A stretch of DNA of 64,000 bases from an uncultured Planctomycetaceae bacterium (GTDB lineage Bacteria; Planctomycetota; Planctomycetia; Pirellulales; PALSA-1355), in the NCBI GenBank assembly GCA_963785305.1, contig CAWAUV010000004.1, positions 352,001-416,000 of the forward strand, written 5' to 3'. Under the pieces are notes generated by a model. The model did no database searches. It saw only the letters and a list, made by a program, of their open reading frames with translations, and was not told the origin of the DNA. This document shows positions 34,323 through 45,624 of this stretch, piece by piece (the stretch's first letter is position 1; every line of letters begins with the position of its first letter). The position numbers and the translations under genes were made by a program.

Positions 34323-35908
34323 TCAGGGGGCCGCCGCGGGCGCCGGCGAGGCGACGGGCGCCACGGTCTCGGCGGCAGCGCCGGCATCCAAACCCGTGGC
34401 CGCAGGCGCCGCTTCCGGCGAAGCGCCGGTCGGAACCGGAGCCGGGGAGGCGTCCGGCGGGCTTGCTTCTTCCGCCGGCGCAATCTCGGCCGCTTGACCG
34501 GCCACGGCCAGCTTCGCGCGGTTCGGCGGATTAAAGATATAGATAATGCCTTGAAGTTCGATCGGCACATCGTAGGGATTCAATTCCCGATCCGATGCGT
34601 TGGAACTCTCGCTCCCCATTCCACTGCCCGCGCCACCCAACCGGCCACCACCGCCCGCCTTGGGCGACATGAACATGCTGGAAACGTCGGAACGACCCGG
34701 CCGGCGGAGCGACGCCGGATTGATGCGCAGTTGCTTGACTTCGACCGGCAGGGGCGAGTTTCCGCATTCCACGAGCAATCGCGAAATTTCGCGCTGATCG
34801 ATCAAGAGTTGCATGAAGATCGGCATGCGTTTGAATTCCGGCGGCGCGGTCGAGATATCGGCGATCGGTTGGCCCTTGGCGTCGACATAGCGACCATCGT
34901 CTTGCGCCAAGTCCAGCGCGGTCGAGCTGCCGCTATTGCCGCCGCCGGCCATGCCGCCGCTACCTCCGCTACCGCCGCCACCACCGCCGCGCGAGCGGCG
35001 ACCGCGACTGCCGCGCGAACCGGGATCGGGCGCCGCCGCCGCGCGCCCATCGGCACTGGCGCCGCGCCAGCCGCCCCCGGATCGGTCGGCGCGTTGACAA
35101 GCTGCGGCGGAACCAGCTTCCCGGCGCTCATGCCATATTGAAATTCCTGGGCCGCGGGCCGGGCGATCTGCACCGAGATGATTTCCTTGATCTTGGCGTT
35201 GTAATGCGCCGTGGCGTTTTCGTTGACCTTGGCGATGATTCGCAGCAGGGAGTTGTAGACCCACAGGTTCTCTTGGATATATCGCATTTCCTTCGAGGTG
35301 GGAGTGCGCGGCCAATCGAGCACTTCATCGAGCAAACGCTGGTCGTCGGCGCACCAAATCACCTTGTGGCTTTTCTGTTTCCTCACCGGTTCGTTTTCGT
35401 CGGTTCGACCGCGCTGGCCCGCGCGATCGCCGCCTGACTCGTTGTAATTTTCGGCATCGACGATCGCGAGCAGTTGCGGAAACTCGGAACGCACATAGTT
35501 GAAGTAGCGTTCGCGAATATCGATCGGAATTTCGCCATCGCCCACCGCCGCGATCACCCGGAGCGATTCTTCCCCCATGGCCTTGGGCCAGATCAGCACT
35601 TCGTTTTTTTGCTCGTCATAGCAATGGTTCCAGGCCGCGAGCACGCGGCTCTTGAGTCCCGCGCCCGGCTGATCGAGGAGCTTATTGACTCCCGCTTCGA
35701 ACGACGGATTGGGATGATTCGGCGTGGCCGTGATCTTTTGCGCCTTGGTGAACTCGCTTTCGATCTTGGTCTTGCGCAGCTTGTAATAGTCGGCCAGCGC
35801 GTTGGCCGACAAAAACCAGCCGATCAGGCCCAGCACGACGGTCGTGCCCGAAAGCACCCAAAAATGATGCTTCACGAGCCATGCGAGATAGATTTTGACT
35901 TGATCCAT
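34323..35908 (-). CDS. Hypothetical membrane-anchored protein in the pilM operon, PilO-like position (indel near 35015)
   Basis: N-terminal KHHFWVL plus TM; Gly-rich linker; KRMPIFMQLLIDQ...IYIFNPP C-domain. Confidence 0.65.
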
Positions 35909-35911
35909 GGT

Positions 35912-38309
35912 TCAGGGACTCCCCGCGGGCGCCGCGGCGGCGGCGGCGGCTTGTTGAGCATTTTCGAGCGCCGCTTTTTCGCGCTCTTGGATTATTTCGA
36001 GTCGCTTGCTGAGCGGCGTGGGACGCCAGCAGAACTGCACGACGAAATCGAACATGGGTAGCGTAATCATTTTGCGAGAATGCCCCCCGGACATGCCGCC
36101 GGGATTGATGCCCGGGGGCTGGCCCTCGCCCGGAGCGACGTTGGGTTGATCTTCCGCGTCGGGATCGGGAATCTGCACCTCGCGGATTTTGTTACTGGCC
36201 ACCAGCACTGGATTCGTGACGCCGAGGTCCTTGAGCGTGAATTCTTGGAGCTTGCCACCCTTGGACACCGGCAAGAGCACCGTGCCGGTTTCGAGCTTCT
36301 TGAGGAGTGAATCGCGCACGAATCTGCGCGCCCTGATAGTTGCGATTCGCGTTGTGGAAATGATAGCCCGTGAGTTGAATTACCCAGCCTTCGCCGGTCG
36401 GCTCGGGCTCGAGCCCCTTGGCGCCCGGAGCGGCCGCGGGATCGGCGCCCGGCGCTGGCGCTTGTCCGGCGACCGGAGGCATGGGGGCGGCGCCCGGCGC
36501 CCCTGGCGCGGCGCCTGGCACTCCCGGCGCGGCGCCTGGCGCCCCTGGCGCGGCGCCTGGCACTCCCGGCGCGGCGCCTGGCGCCCCTGGCGCGGCGCCT
36601 GGCACTCCCGGCGCGGCGCCCGGCACTCCCGGCGCGGCGCCCGGCATTCCCGGAGCTCCTGGTAGGGCGCCTGGCATTCCGGGCATGGCGCCGGGCGCTC
36701 CCGGCGCGGCGCCGGCGAGCCCCGGGATCGGACCGCCGTGAGCTTCCTTCACGATCGGCTCGACGGTTTGATACCAAGCTTTCAGTTCGGGATAATACTG
36801 GCAATCCATTTCCTCGATATGCAAATCCGTGCGATCGGGAACCTTGATTTCCGAGCGTTTGCTGGCCGGATCGCGAGGCAAGATCGAATCGATCGCCTTG
36901 AGCAATTCGAGCCACATCAAGCGGCCTTCGACATTGCCGACGATGCTCTTGCCCATTTGATCGACATCGTTGAATCGCGTCTTCGCGGCCTCGAAGGCGT
37001 CGGTGTATTCCTTGCTCTTGGCTTCGGCGGCGTCGGCCTCGGCGAAGGGCGCTTTGAACTTGCGTTCTTCCACGCTCTTGTAGCCTTGGAAGTAGCCCAT
37101 GAAGCTGACGGTGCATCCCAGGAGCACGGCGGCCGCGGTGGCGACGGCCCACGGTTTTTTCTCGCGAATCAAGCGGTTCGTGAGAATCTCGCGCGGAATG
37201 AGATTCGTGCCCAAGGCCCCTTTATGCAGCCCTTGGAGCGTGAGCCCATAGCACACGGCGAAGCTGAGCAGGTTTTCCTTGAAGGCCGGCGAACCGATCA
37301 CGCTCGATCCGGTGAGGCCCTTGTAGGCTTCGGTGTCGATCACCGGATAACCGAGATTTTGCGACAAATATTTTTGCAAGCCGGGTAGTTTCATGGCGTT
37401 GCCCAGCGCCACCACGCTGCCGATCGTCGCCTTTTTATGGATGCCCGAAAAGAAGTTGATCGACCGCTGGATCTCCGTGAGCAGATCGTTGAACACCGGC
37501 CGCATCGCCTGGAACACGGCCTTTTGGTCCTCGGCCTGCATCGCGTTGCGTTTCAGATGCTCGGCCTTGGCGAAGGTGAGCCGCAGCTCTTTCGAGAGCG
37601 CCTTGGTGAAATGGCTGCCGCCGATCGGCAGACTGCGCTGCCAAACCGTGTAGCCGTTGGTCACCACCAGATCGGTCGTGTCGGTGCCCAGCGACAGGGC
37701 CACGATGCTCTTGGGCGGATTGTCGACGTCGTAATTGTCGGGCGTGAGCGGCGGCCGATCCTGCATATGCTCGAAGACGGTGAAATTGTAGATCGCCAGC
37801 GGCGTGAGCTGAATGATGTCGATCTCGATGCCGGCTTCGTCGAATGGCTTGAGGGCCCGAAACGCTTGATCGCGCTTCATGGCGAACAGGCCCACTTCGG
37901 TCTCGAGCACGAAGCCTTCTTCCTCGCTGCCGCCCGCCATCTGCTGATAGTCCCACACCACATCGTCGAGCGGGAAGGGAATCTGCTGGCGGGCTTCGTA
38001 TTTGACGATATCGGGAATCTTCTTCGACTCGACCGGCGGCAATTTTATGAACCGCGCGAGTCCGCTCTGGCCCGACACGCTCACCGCCACGCGATCACCC
38101 CGCACCACATTGCGCGAAAGGAACTGCCGCAGCGCATCGCGCACCAGTTCCACCGGGTCGGCTTCCGGCTGGCTGAGAATCTGCGGATATTCAATGAAGT
38201 CGAAGGCGTCGGCCACGATGCGATTGTCGGCGTCGCCCGCATGGCAGCGGAGCGCCTTGAGACCGCACTGGCCGATATCGATTCCCCAGACGGCGTTGGT
38301 TTTCGCCAT
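35912..38309 (-). CDS. pilM: Type IV pilus assembly protein PilM with PilN-like C-terminal extension (indel near 36330)
   Basis: VWGIDIGQCGLKA, YEARQQIPFPL, IGGSHFT, EIQRSI; then NLIP plus TM, coiled coil and a low-complexity repeat. Confidence 0.88.
36485..36652 (-). repeat. 21-bp tandem repeat (about 8 copies) encoding PGAAPG[V/A] in PilM
   Basis: Protein reads PGAAPGVPGAAPGVPGAAPGAPGAAPGVPGAAPGAPGAAPGVPGAAPGAPGAAP; V/A alternation gives a 42-bp higher-order unit. Confidence 0.9.
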
Positions 38310-38729
38310 GCTCAGCGACTTTCAAAGTTCGATAAAACGCACATTGGCGGGCCCGGCGCGAAAACGCCGGCAGCGGCGCGGCGCCGCGCTTAAAAAACGC
38401 GGAGATGCAACACCGCGGCGCCTCGGAAAATGCCTCGAAACAAACAGGGCTCGGAGCGGGGGGCCAGATGCCGGCGCCATGCGCCGAGCATTTCTCTCTT
38501 GTTCCACTGTTCCACGACCGCGGCCGAGCGCGAGAAACGGTTCGCATGCGATTTGGGGCCACGACCACCAGGGCGCCAAGCCCCGGCCGGGCCCGCCCCA
38601 CATTTCACTTTATCTGCCGAAGACCAGAAATGTCAAATCCGGTGGTAAAGTTGCCGCGGCGAACGGAGGCCCCGCCGATCGTGATCGCTCGGGTTCTTTC
38701 GTTCCGTCGGTCGTGGCGGCTGCCCAACG

Positions 38730-41700
38730 TCACTCGCGGCTACCAGCGTCGGCGACGAGCACCGCCACCGGAAAATCGCGGAGCATTTGATCGACCGCGA
38801 GTCTGCTCGGGCCGCCCGCGCCGGTGGCCTCGATCGAGCGGCCGGTGAAGATGTTTTGCCAGCGACGCGGCGCGCCGGGCGGCAGCGTGACCGCCGTGTC
38901 GGTCCACCAAGCGCTGGGGGGCCAACCGACGGCGCCCTGCTTGCTTTCGCGGACCAGGCCGCTCGGCGGCGCCGCTTGCCAGGCTTCGAGCGCCAGCCGC
39001 GGCGTCACCACGACAAGCCATCGTCCGTCGGCGATTCGAGCAAAAGCGAAGGCATTCGCTTCGCGCGAACCGCTGATTGCAAGGGGCTCGTAGTCGGCGG
39101 TGAGAATTTCGCGGTGATCGCGGCGATATTCGAGCCCGCGCGAAGTGACGAACAGCTTGATTTCCTCGCCCGGCCAGCGGTCGACAAGCGCCGCCGCCGT
39201 GGCCGCCAGGTCCTCACGCGCGTGCCGTCGCAGGCGAGTCAGCGCTTCGCGCCGGGCGGCAAAGTCGACCGGCTGCCGGTTGTCGGGATCGACCAAACGA
39301 AAATCCCAGAACTCGACGCCCTGGTAAAAATCAGGGACCCCCGGGGCAAAGAGTTTGATCGTGGTTTGCGCGAGCGAGTTGACGAAACCCGCGTCGGCGA
39401 TCGAGCGCACGAATCGCTCGACATCTTGCACGAACTCGCTTTTTCGATCGGCAAGCGACTTGCGAATGAAGGCAAACACGGCGTCTTCATGTTCCGAGTC
39501 GGGATGCAGCCAACTGGTGTGGAGCTTGGCCTCGCGAAGCGCTTTTTCCATGTAACGAACCAACCGCTCCACGAATTTTTCCCATGCCGCGTCGTCTTGC
39601 GGCTCCAGCGGCCAAGCGCCAACCAGAGTTTGATAGTAGAGATATTCTTCGTTGGCGTCCGGTGCCGCGGTCTCGTCGACGGTGGCGCATAGGCCGCGAT
39701 TCATCGCCTGCCAGCGCGCGATCGCGGCCTCCCAGGCGGCCGGCGCCTCGGAAAGCACATGGAGCCGGGCGCGCATATCCTCGCCGCGCTTGGTGTCGTG
39801 AGTGGCCGTGGCCGACATCTCGAAGGGCCAATCGCGTCGCCGCGATCGGATCGCCGCATGCCAGCGCTCGGGCGTCATTGCGGCCTGAGCCGGATCGCCG
39901 CCGCCCACTTCGGCCAGCGAGACGAGCGGATAGTACCGATAAAAGGTCGTGTCCTCGAGGCCCTTGGCCGTGACCGGGCCGGTGATCTGTTGAAACTTGA
40001 GCACGAAGCGGCGCCGGTATTCGCGATCGGCCTCCGACAGCCCGACCGGATCCTCGAGCAGTAGGATCGACGCGATGAAGTCGAAAAACGTGGGACTCAT
40101 CGCCGGGTTGCGCCGCTTGGCCAACCGCGCCGCCTCGCGAATTCGGCGGCGGTCCACATCGCTCACGCTGTCGCTGTCGGGCCGAATATAGGTGCGATAG
40201 ACCGGGAAACATGACACGACTTCGCGAAGCGCCCGGTAGAGCGAAGGGCGCGTGAAGTCCCGCGACCAGCGATGCTGCTGGGCAATGCGGTCGAGCTGAT
40301 TGGCCAAACCGTAGAACTCGCTCGACAGCGACGTGCCCAGGATCAATTGCTTGGCGTCGTACACGATCCGCCAAAAAGGCGCTTCATTGTCGGTAAACCG
40401 ATGATAAACCTCGCGCACCTGCTTGACGCCTGGCCCATGGACGAGCAGGCCGCCGAGCAGGTTCAAGAAGTTGTAGCCGGTCGTGCCATGCACCGGCCAA
40501 TCCGCGGGCAGCGCTTCGTCGCCGGAAAGAATTTTTTCGACGACCAGATAGGGCGCGTCCGTCGAATGGGCCGGCGACCGATCACCGGCCATGGCGTCTT
40601 CGGCTTCGCGGTCGCCATCGTTCGCGTTCGCATTCTCGCCCGCGTCATCGCCTGAGTTCGCCGGGACGCGAGGCCGCGGCGCGCTCCGCGAGTTGGGTCA
40701 GATATTGCCGCGGGTCGAGCAGACCATCGGCATGGTCGATCCTAAGTCCGGTCACGTGGCCCGCGGCCAGGGCGTCGAACAGCCACTGATGCACGGCGTC
40801 GAACACTTGCGGGTCTTCGACACGAATGGCGGCGAGCGTGTCGACATCGAAGAACCGGCGATAATTGATTTCGTCGGTCGCCACTCGCCAGTAACAAAGG
40901 CGATAGGCTTGATCGTTGAGAAACGCCTCGAGCGCATTAAAGCTCGCCGGCTCGCCCCGCGCGCCATTGATCTCGGCCAAGGCCATGGCGAGCGCTTCGC
41001 GACTCTCGCCGCTGGCTTGCAAGAGCGCCGCGAGCCGCCGCCGAGTGACCTCTTTCTCCCGATAGCGCTCTTGAATATTCTCGGGCGTCACTTCCGATCG
41101 TAGCGGCAAGTGCTCGAGCGCCGAGATTACGCTTTCGAGCTCCATGCGATGCGGATGATCGGCCGCCAGCGACTCGGCCACCAGCGCGAGCGTGGGCCGC
41201 AGCACCGCCACCCAACTCCGGGGGCTCGTGGGAAAGTGCTTGTCGTAGTAGCGCACGAAGAAGCGCTGATCTTCGTAGACCAAGTGGATCTGCTGATCCT
41301 CGAGCGCTTTGCCAAACTGATCGCCAAGCACCGCGAGCAGCACCTTCCCATGCAGCTCGGTCTTGGGCGGGCTCCAGTCGATGTCGAAGAAGTTCGCATG
41401 CTCGGAAGCTTGCCCATTCTGCAAGACATCTTGCCACCAGACATTGTGCGGGTCGTCGATGCACATGTGATTGGGCACCACATCCACCACGAGACCCAGG
41501 CCGCGCTCGCGAAGCGACTCGGCCAGCGAGCGGAAATCATCGTCGGTTCCCAAGGTCGGGTCGCAGCGACTGGGGTCGACGATATCGTAGCCATGCGTGC
41601 TTTTGGCCCGGGCACGCATGAACGGCGCGAAGTACATGGCGCCGAGCCCCAAGTCGCGAAAATAGTCGACGCACTGGCGAACCGCGTCGAAGTCCATTTG

Positions 41701-41751
41701 TCCGAGCAGTTGCACGCGATAGGTCGAGGTCGGAATATTCGGACGGGCCAC
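38730..41751 (-). CDS. treY: Malto-oligosyltrehalose synthase (indel near 40655)
   Basis: PTSTYRVQ, STHGYDIVD, DVVPNHM, INYRRFFD, GLRIDHADGL, VVEKIL, GTTGY, ATHDTKRGED, PGVPDFYQG, LVDPDNR. Confidence 0.93.
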
Positions 41752-41775
41752 GGGCGGTTGCTCCGGAGGGTCTTA

Positions 41776-41853
41776 AGAGGCTATGCGACAACTTCCCCTC
41801 CCGGTTTGGGAGAGCGGCGGGCGACGGACCGCGGAAGTTTTCGGATAGGCTCT
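41776..41853. mobile_element. ~80-bp MITE/REPIN-like element, copy 2 (opposite orientation to copy 1)
   Basis: AGAGGCTATGCGACAACT ... AGTTTTCGGATAGGCTCT; aligns by eye with the reverse complement of 23439-23518. Confidence 0.65.
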
Positions 41854-42035
41854 AGCGGGTGTCACTCCACGATTCGGTTGCGATTCGATAAGCACCAGTC
41901 TCGTTGCATCAATCGTTGTACCAATAAAGGCGGCTCGGACGTTGAAGAACGCCGAGCCGCCACATTGGTCGATTGTCCACCAGAGGCGCCAGCCCGGAAT
42001 TCACCGCGGCCGGTCAGGGTGGCGTTTTGGGAAAT

Positions 42036-42299
42036 CTAGGCGACTGCCGGGTTTCCGGCGCCGACCTCCACCCGATCGATAACCGCCGACACGCCCGCAA
42101 CCCGCTGGCAGCAGAAAATGCAAAGCTGTCGTTGATGAAAGGATCGAACCCGACCGCTAATGGTGACAACCCCTTTGTCGACCGCCACTTCGAGTCGCCT
42201 CAATCCAGCCATGTGTTGACCCAAAAGAAACGAGACAATGCGGCGTTTTAGGTCCTCGTCGCGGTCCAGTTCAACCGGTCTCGCCTGTGTTGAAACCAT
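42036..42299 (-). CDS. BON domain protein
   Basis: LEVAVDKGVVTISGRVRSFHQRQ...VAGVSAVIDRVEV. Confidence 0.8.
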   Translation of the reverse strand: MVSTQARPVELDRDEDLKRRIVSFLLGQHMAGLRRLEVAVDKGVVTISGRVRSFHQRQLCIFCCQRVAGVSAVIDRVEVGAGNPAVA

Positions 42300-42406
42300 A
42301 ACGATGTTCTTCCTAGGGAATTCTTCCGCTGGGGGAGTATGAGCCCTGCCTGTTCGCCCCCTCGAGAGCCCTCTGGAAGGGGCGGCTCATGAATGCCTCG
42401 TGCATT

Positions 42407-42422
42407 TGCATTTTGCATGCCA
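42407..42422 (-). promoter_or_regulatory. Putative sigma-54 promoter for the BON gene
   Basis: Minus strand TGGCATGCAAAATGCA, i.e. GG-N10-GC, about 110 bp upstream of the ATG. Confidence 0.6.
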
Positions 42423-42459
42423 CGCGAGCGGTGAAGAGATTTTTTTCCGCCGCGATGTC

Positions 42460-42844
42460 TCACTTCCGCGGCAAGCGGCCGGCGCTCGACTGAAAATATC
42501 GCCGCCGCCGCTCGGCGGGAGCTTCGGGCGCCTCGCTCTGCTGGCGGGCCAGATCGTCGAGATTCGCGCGGCAGGGGCGGCACTCGATCCATTTCAAATG
42601 CGCTTCGATAAATCGCCGCTCTGCCTCGTCGACGGCGCCGAGCAGGTAGCTGCCAAGTCGCTCTCGTGTCGGGCAACTTGGTCGCGCTCGGCGCCAAACT
42701 CCGGCCAAGGAATCGAGCGCCCGAGTCGCGCTCGGCCGCAAGGAGAGCCAAACGCCCGGCGAGCTCCGGATCGCGGCGCAGCCGAGCCTCGATCTTCGCC
42801 ATGTCGGCCACGGGCAACGCCTCTTCGAGAAACGCCGCCAACAT
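42460..42844 (-). CDS. Small anti-sigma zinc-finger-like hypothetical protein (indel near 42715; start uncertain)
   Basis: LAAFLEEALP...IEARLR, then SCPTRERLGSYLLGA...HLKWIECRPC (HxxxxxCxxC). Confidence 0.6.
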
Positions 42845-43024
42845 GTGGCGTTCTAGCGCTTTCCGCCTCGCGGGCCGCGCGCTGAATCGGCGCCGCTTGG
42901 TTCCGCTCGGTTCGATCGCTCGTCAAATGGCAATGGAGCATCACGCATCGCCGCCGCCTACCTTGTACCGCTGGATGGCGAAGATACACTTAGAAACGAA
43001 CCAAGTATAACTTCTCCACAAACC

Positions 43025-43057
43025 CCCTCTCCCCTCGGGAGAGGGCAGGGCGAGAGG
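43025..43057. repeat. REP-like palindrome CCCTCTCCC-N3-GGGAGAGGG-CAGGGCGAGAGG
   Basis: Read directly; related copies at 44245-44277, 45625-45654 and inside the 80-bp elements. Confidence 0.75.
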
Positions 43058-43113
43058 CCGCGCGGACCTTCTTCGCGCTCTTGCATGATATCACGACATA
43101 GCGAGCATCGGCC

Positions 43114-44244
43114 ATGAATCAAGAGGTTTACAGTCCCGGCCTCGAGGGCGTCGTGGCCGGCGAGACCGCCATCAGCACCATCGCGGGCGGCTTGCAGTAT
43201 CGCGGCTACTCGATCGAGGAACTGGCCGAGAAAGCGACCTTCGAGGAGACCGCGTTTTTGCTGCTCCATGGCGAGCTACCCACGGCCGATCAGCTCTCCG
43301 CCTTCCGCGAGCGGCTCTCCGACGCCGCCAGCGTGCCCAAGGCGATCGTCGATCTGCTGCGGGCAACGCCTGTTTCGGCGGCCATGATGGATGTGATGCG
43401 CACCGCGGCGAGCGCCTTGGCGATGTGGGACCCCGACGTGGCCGACAACAGCCCCGCGGCCAATCTCCGCAAGGCCGAGCGGCTGCTGGCGCAAATGCCG
43501 GTGATCTTGGCGGCGCGGCATCGACTGGTCGAAGGCAAGGAGCCGGTGGCGGCCGATCCACGCTACTCGCTCGCCGGCAACTTGCTCTGGATGCTCCGCC
43601 GCGAGGTCCCCACCCAGCGGGCGATCGACGCGCTCGATGTGTCGCTGATTCTCTACGCCGAACACGAATACAACGCCTCGACCTTCACCGCCCGCGTCGT
43701 GTGCTCGACCCTGGCCGATATGCACTGCGGAGTGACCGCGGCGATCGGAGCGCTCAAGGGACCGCTGCATGGCGGGGCCAACGAGCGCGTGGTCGATGTG
43801 TTGGCCGAAGTCGGCGGCGCGAGCCGGGCCGAGGCCTGGATTCGCGACGCCCTGGCCCAAAAGCAGCGCATCATGGGCTTCGGCCATCGGGTCTACAAAA
43901 CCGGCGATCCTCGGGCCACATTGCTCAAGACCTATTGCCGCGAGCTCGCCGCCGAAACCGGCAATATGGAGATGGAAGAAATCGCCGACACGATCGAGCG
44001 CGTGGTTGTGGCCGAAAAAAAGCTGCCGCCCAACTTGGACTGGCCGAGCGCCCGACTGTACCACTATCTGGGCCTGCCGGTCTCGCTCTACACACCGCTG
44101 TTCGTGGTGAGTCGCGTGAGCGGCTGGTGTGCGCATATCATCGAACAATTCGCCGGCAACCGGCTGATTCGCCCGCGGGCGCGGTACATCGGCCCCGCGC
44201 CGCGCGGCTACGCGCCGCTCGCGGATCGCGGGAAAGGCAATTAA
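43114..44244 (+). CDS. Citrate / 2-methylcitrate synthase
   Basis: GLEGVVAGET, YAEHEYNAST, GPLHGGANE, MGFGHRVYKTGDPR, PNLDWP. Confidence 0.92.
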   Translation: MNQEVYSPGLEGVVAGETAISTIAGGLQYRGYSIEELAEKATFEETAFLLLHGELPTADQLSAFRERLSDAASVPKAIVDLLRATPVSAAMMDVMRTAASALAMWDPDVADNSPAANLRKAERLLAQMPVILAARHRLVEGKEPVAADPRYSLAGNLLWMLRREVPTQRAIDALDVSLILYAEHEYNASTFTARVVCSTLADMHCGVTAAIGALKGPLHGGANERVVDVLAEVGGASRAEAWIRDALAQKQRIMGFGHRVYKTGDPRATLLKTYCRELAAETGNMEMEEIADTIERVVVAEKKLPPNLDWPSARLYHYLGLPVSLYTPLFVVSRVSGWCAHIIEQFAGNRLIRPRARYIGPAPRGYAPLADRGKGN

Positions 44245-44277
44245 CCCGCCCCCCTCCGGGAGAGGGTAGGGTGAGGG
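44245..44277. repeat. REP-like palindrome (GGGAGAGGGTAGGGTGAGGG family)
   Basis: Immediately after the citrate synthase stop, same orientation as the 43025 copy. Confidence 0.7.
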
Positions 44278-44454
44278 TCCCCCGCCTGGTAGAGGTTCCG
44301 CGAAGTCACCACGACACCACGCGGGGAGCAAGGGGCCAAGCGGCGAACGAAGGCTTTTTGCCGCCGAGGAATAGGCGTCATCGACTGGGGCAAAATTCCC
44401 GCGGCCGCCCAAGATGTTTCCAGGTTCGGTAAAATCCAATCCATAAGGCGGATC

Positions 44455-44722
44455 ATGGCAAAGCGGCGTTCGACGAATAAACGAACTTCCAAGTCAGAAT
44501 GCGACGCAGCCCAGTTGCACGTTCGAGGAATTGCGGGCCCTTGGCGTCCTAACACTGAGCTTCGGGGATCATAAGATCGGCGAAATCGAGCCGAAGGTAT
44601 TCAGCACGGGCAGCTACGGACTGGGATTCAGCGGACCAGCTTCGATTCCCTTGCCAGAGGGCGGCGTGGCCGAGTGCCAGTGCAGCATCAACATCGTCGT
44701 AAAAAACAGCAAGAATGGCTGA
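44455..44722 (+). CDS. Small hypothetical protein, ~88 aa (apparent 1-bp indel near 44490)
   Basis: SD-like TAAGGCGG then ATG (MAKRRSTNKRTS); shifts to ...CTFEELRALG...EPKVFSTGSYGLGFSG...CQCSINIVVKNSKNG stop. Confidence 0.55.
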
Positions 44723-44836
44723 CGGGAACTCGGCAATTCGCCGTGGCGCTGGGTAATCCGTTCTACTTCGAACTTTTGGCTCTTCCGGTTTTGAGTGCAA
44801 GTAGCCCAGATGAATTGCGCCGGGCGAAGGAAATCA

Positions 44837-44953
44837 AAAGGGACGCAACTCATTATTGCCAGACAGCGCGCCGACAGGGCCTTGAGTCGTCTCTGCGTCC
44901 CCGCAGCCGGCCCTTGAACCACCCAAACTCAAATTAATGAACTGCGTCCCTTT
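44837..44953. repeat. 117-bp element bounded by 19-bp inverted repeats
   Basis: AAAGGGACGCAACTCATTA (44837-44855) and TAATGAACTGCGTCCCTTT (44935-44953), 2 mismatches. Confidence 0.65.
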
Positions 44954-45085
44954 GTTTTCCCCGGCTCGAACTCTGATCGGCCTCGGGGTTCGCCGCCTTC
45001 CAATGGACCGATCAGCGCGGCGCCGTAACAATGGAGCGGCTTCGGAAGTTCCGCGACGTTATTGCATTTGGGAGCCATTCGCGAC

Positions 45086-45559
45086 ATGACCCGGTGCGTG
45101 ATTCGATATCTGCTGGTCCTCTTGGTCGGTTTCTGGCTCGGCGGGCTGACTTTTTACTCGCTCGTGGTGATTCCGATCGGCGAGGATATCGTCGGTGGCG
45201 CCACGCAGGGCTTCGTCACCGGACAGGTGACGACCTGCCTGAACTGGATCGGGGCGGCCTGCTTACTGGCCCTGCTGCGGAATGTAGCACGGTCGCGCGA
45301 GCGGCTGCTCCAGGGAGCTTGGATCACGATGGCGGCCTGTCAGGCGATTCTTTTTATCCTGCATCCGCGGCTCGATCACATGCTCGACGCCAAGACGCTC
45401 ACGGTCGTTGATCCAAGCAGCTTCGAGCCCCTGCACTGGCTCTATGTCGGCATAACGGGCCTCGAATGGCTGGGCGGACTGGTATGCGTGTGGCTGCTCG
45501 TCAACGGAACCCGGCGCGCGACGCCGACAAGAATCGGCGATGGCGAGGCGTTGTCGTAG
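45086..45559 (+). CDS. Four-TM hypothetical membrane protein (DUF4149-like)
   Basis: FWLGGLTFYSLVVIP...QGFVT...LHPRLD...HWLY; four hydrophobic segments. Confidence 0.65.
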   Translation: MTRCVIRYLLVLLVGFWLGGLTFYSLVVIPIGEDIVGGATQGFVTGQVTTCLNWIGAACLLALLRNVARSRERLLQGAWITMAACQAILFILHPRLDHMLDAKTLTVVDPSSFEPLHWLYVGITGLEWLGGLVCVWLLVNGTRRATPTRIGDGEALS

Positions 45560-45624
45560 AGCGTCGGTGGGCCCATCACCCTGCCCGCTCCCGCGCTCTG
45601 CCTGCTCTCTCCCTGGCGCCGGCG

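Noticed and set aside
36485..36652. CRISPR array
   Set aside because: Units are contiguous, spacer-less and in frame within pilM; no cas genes are present.
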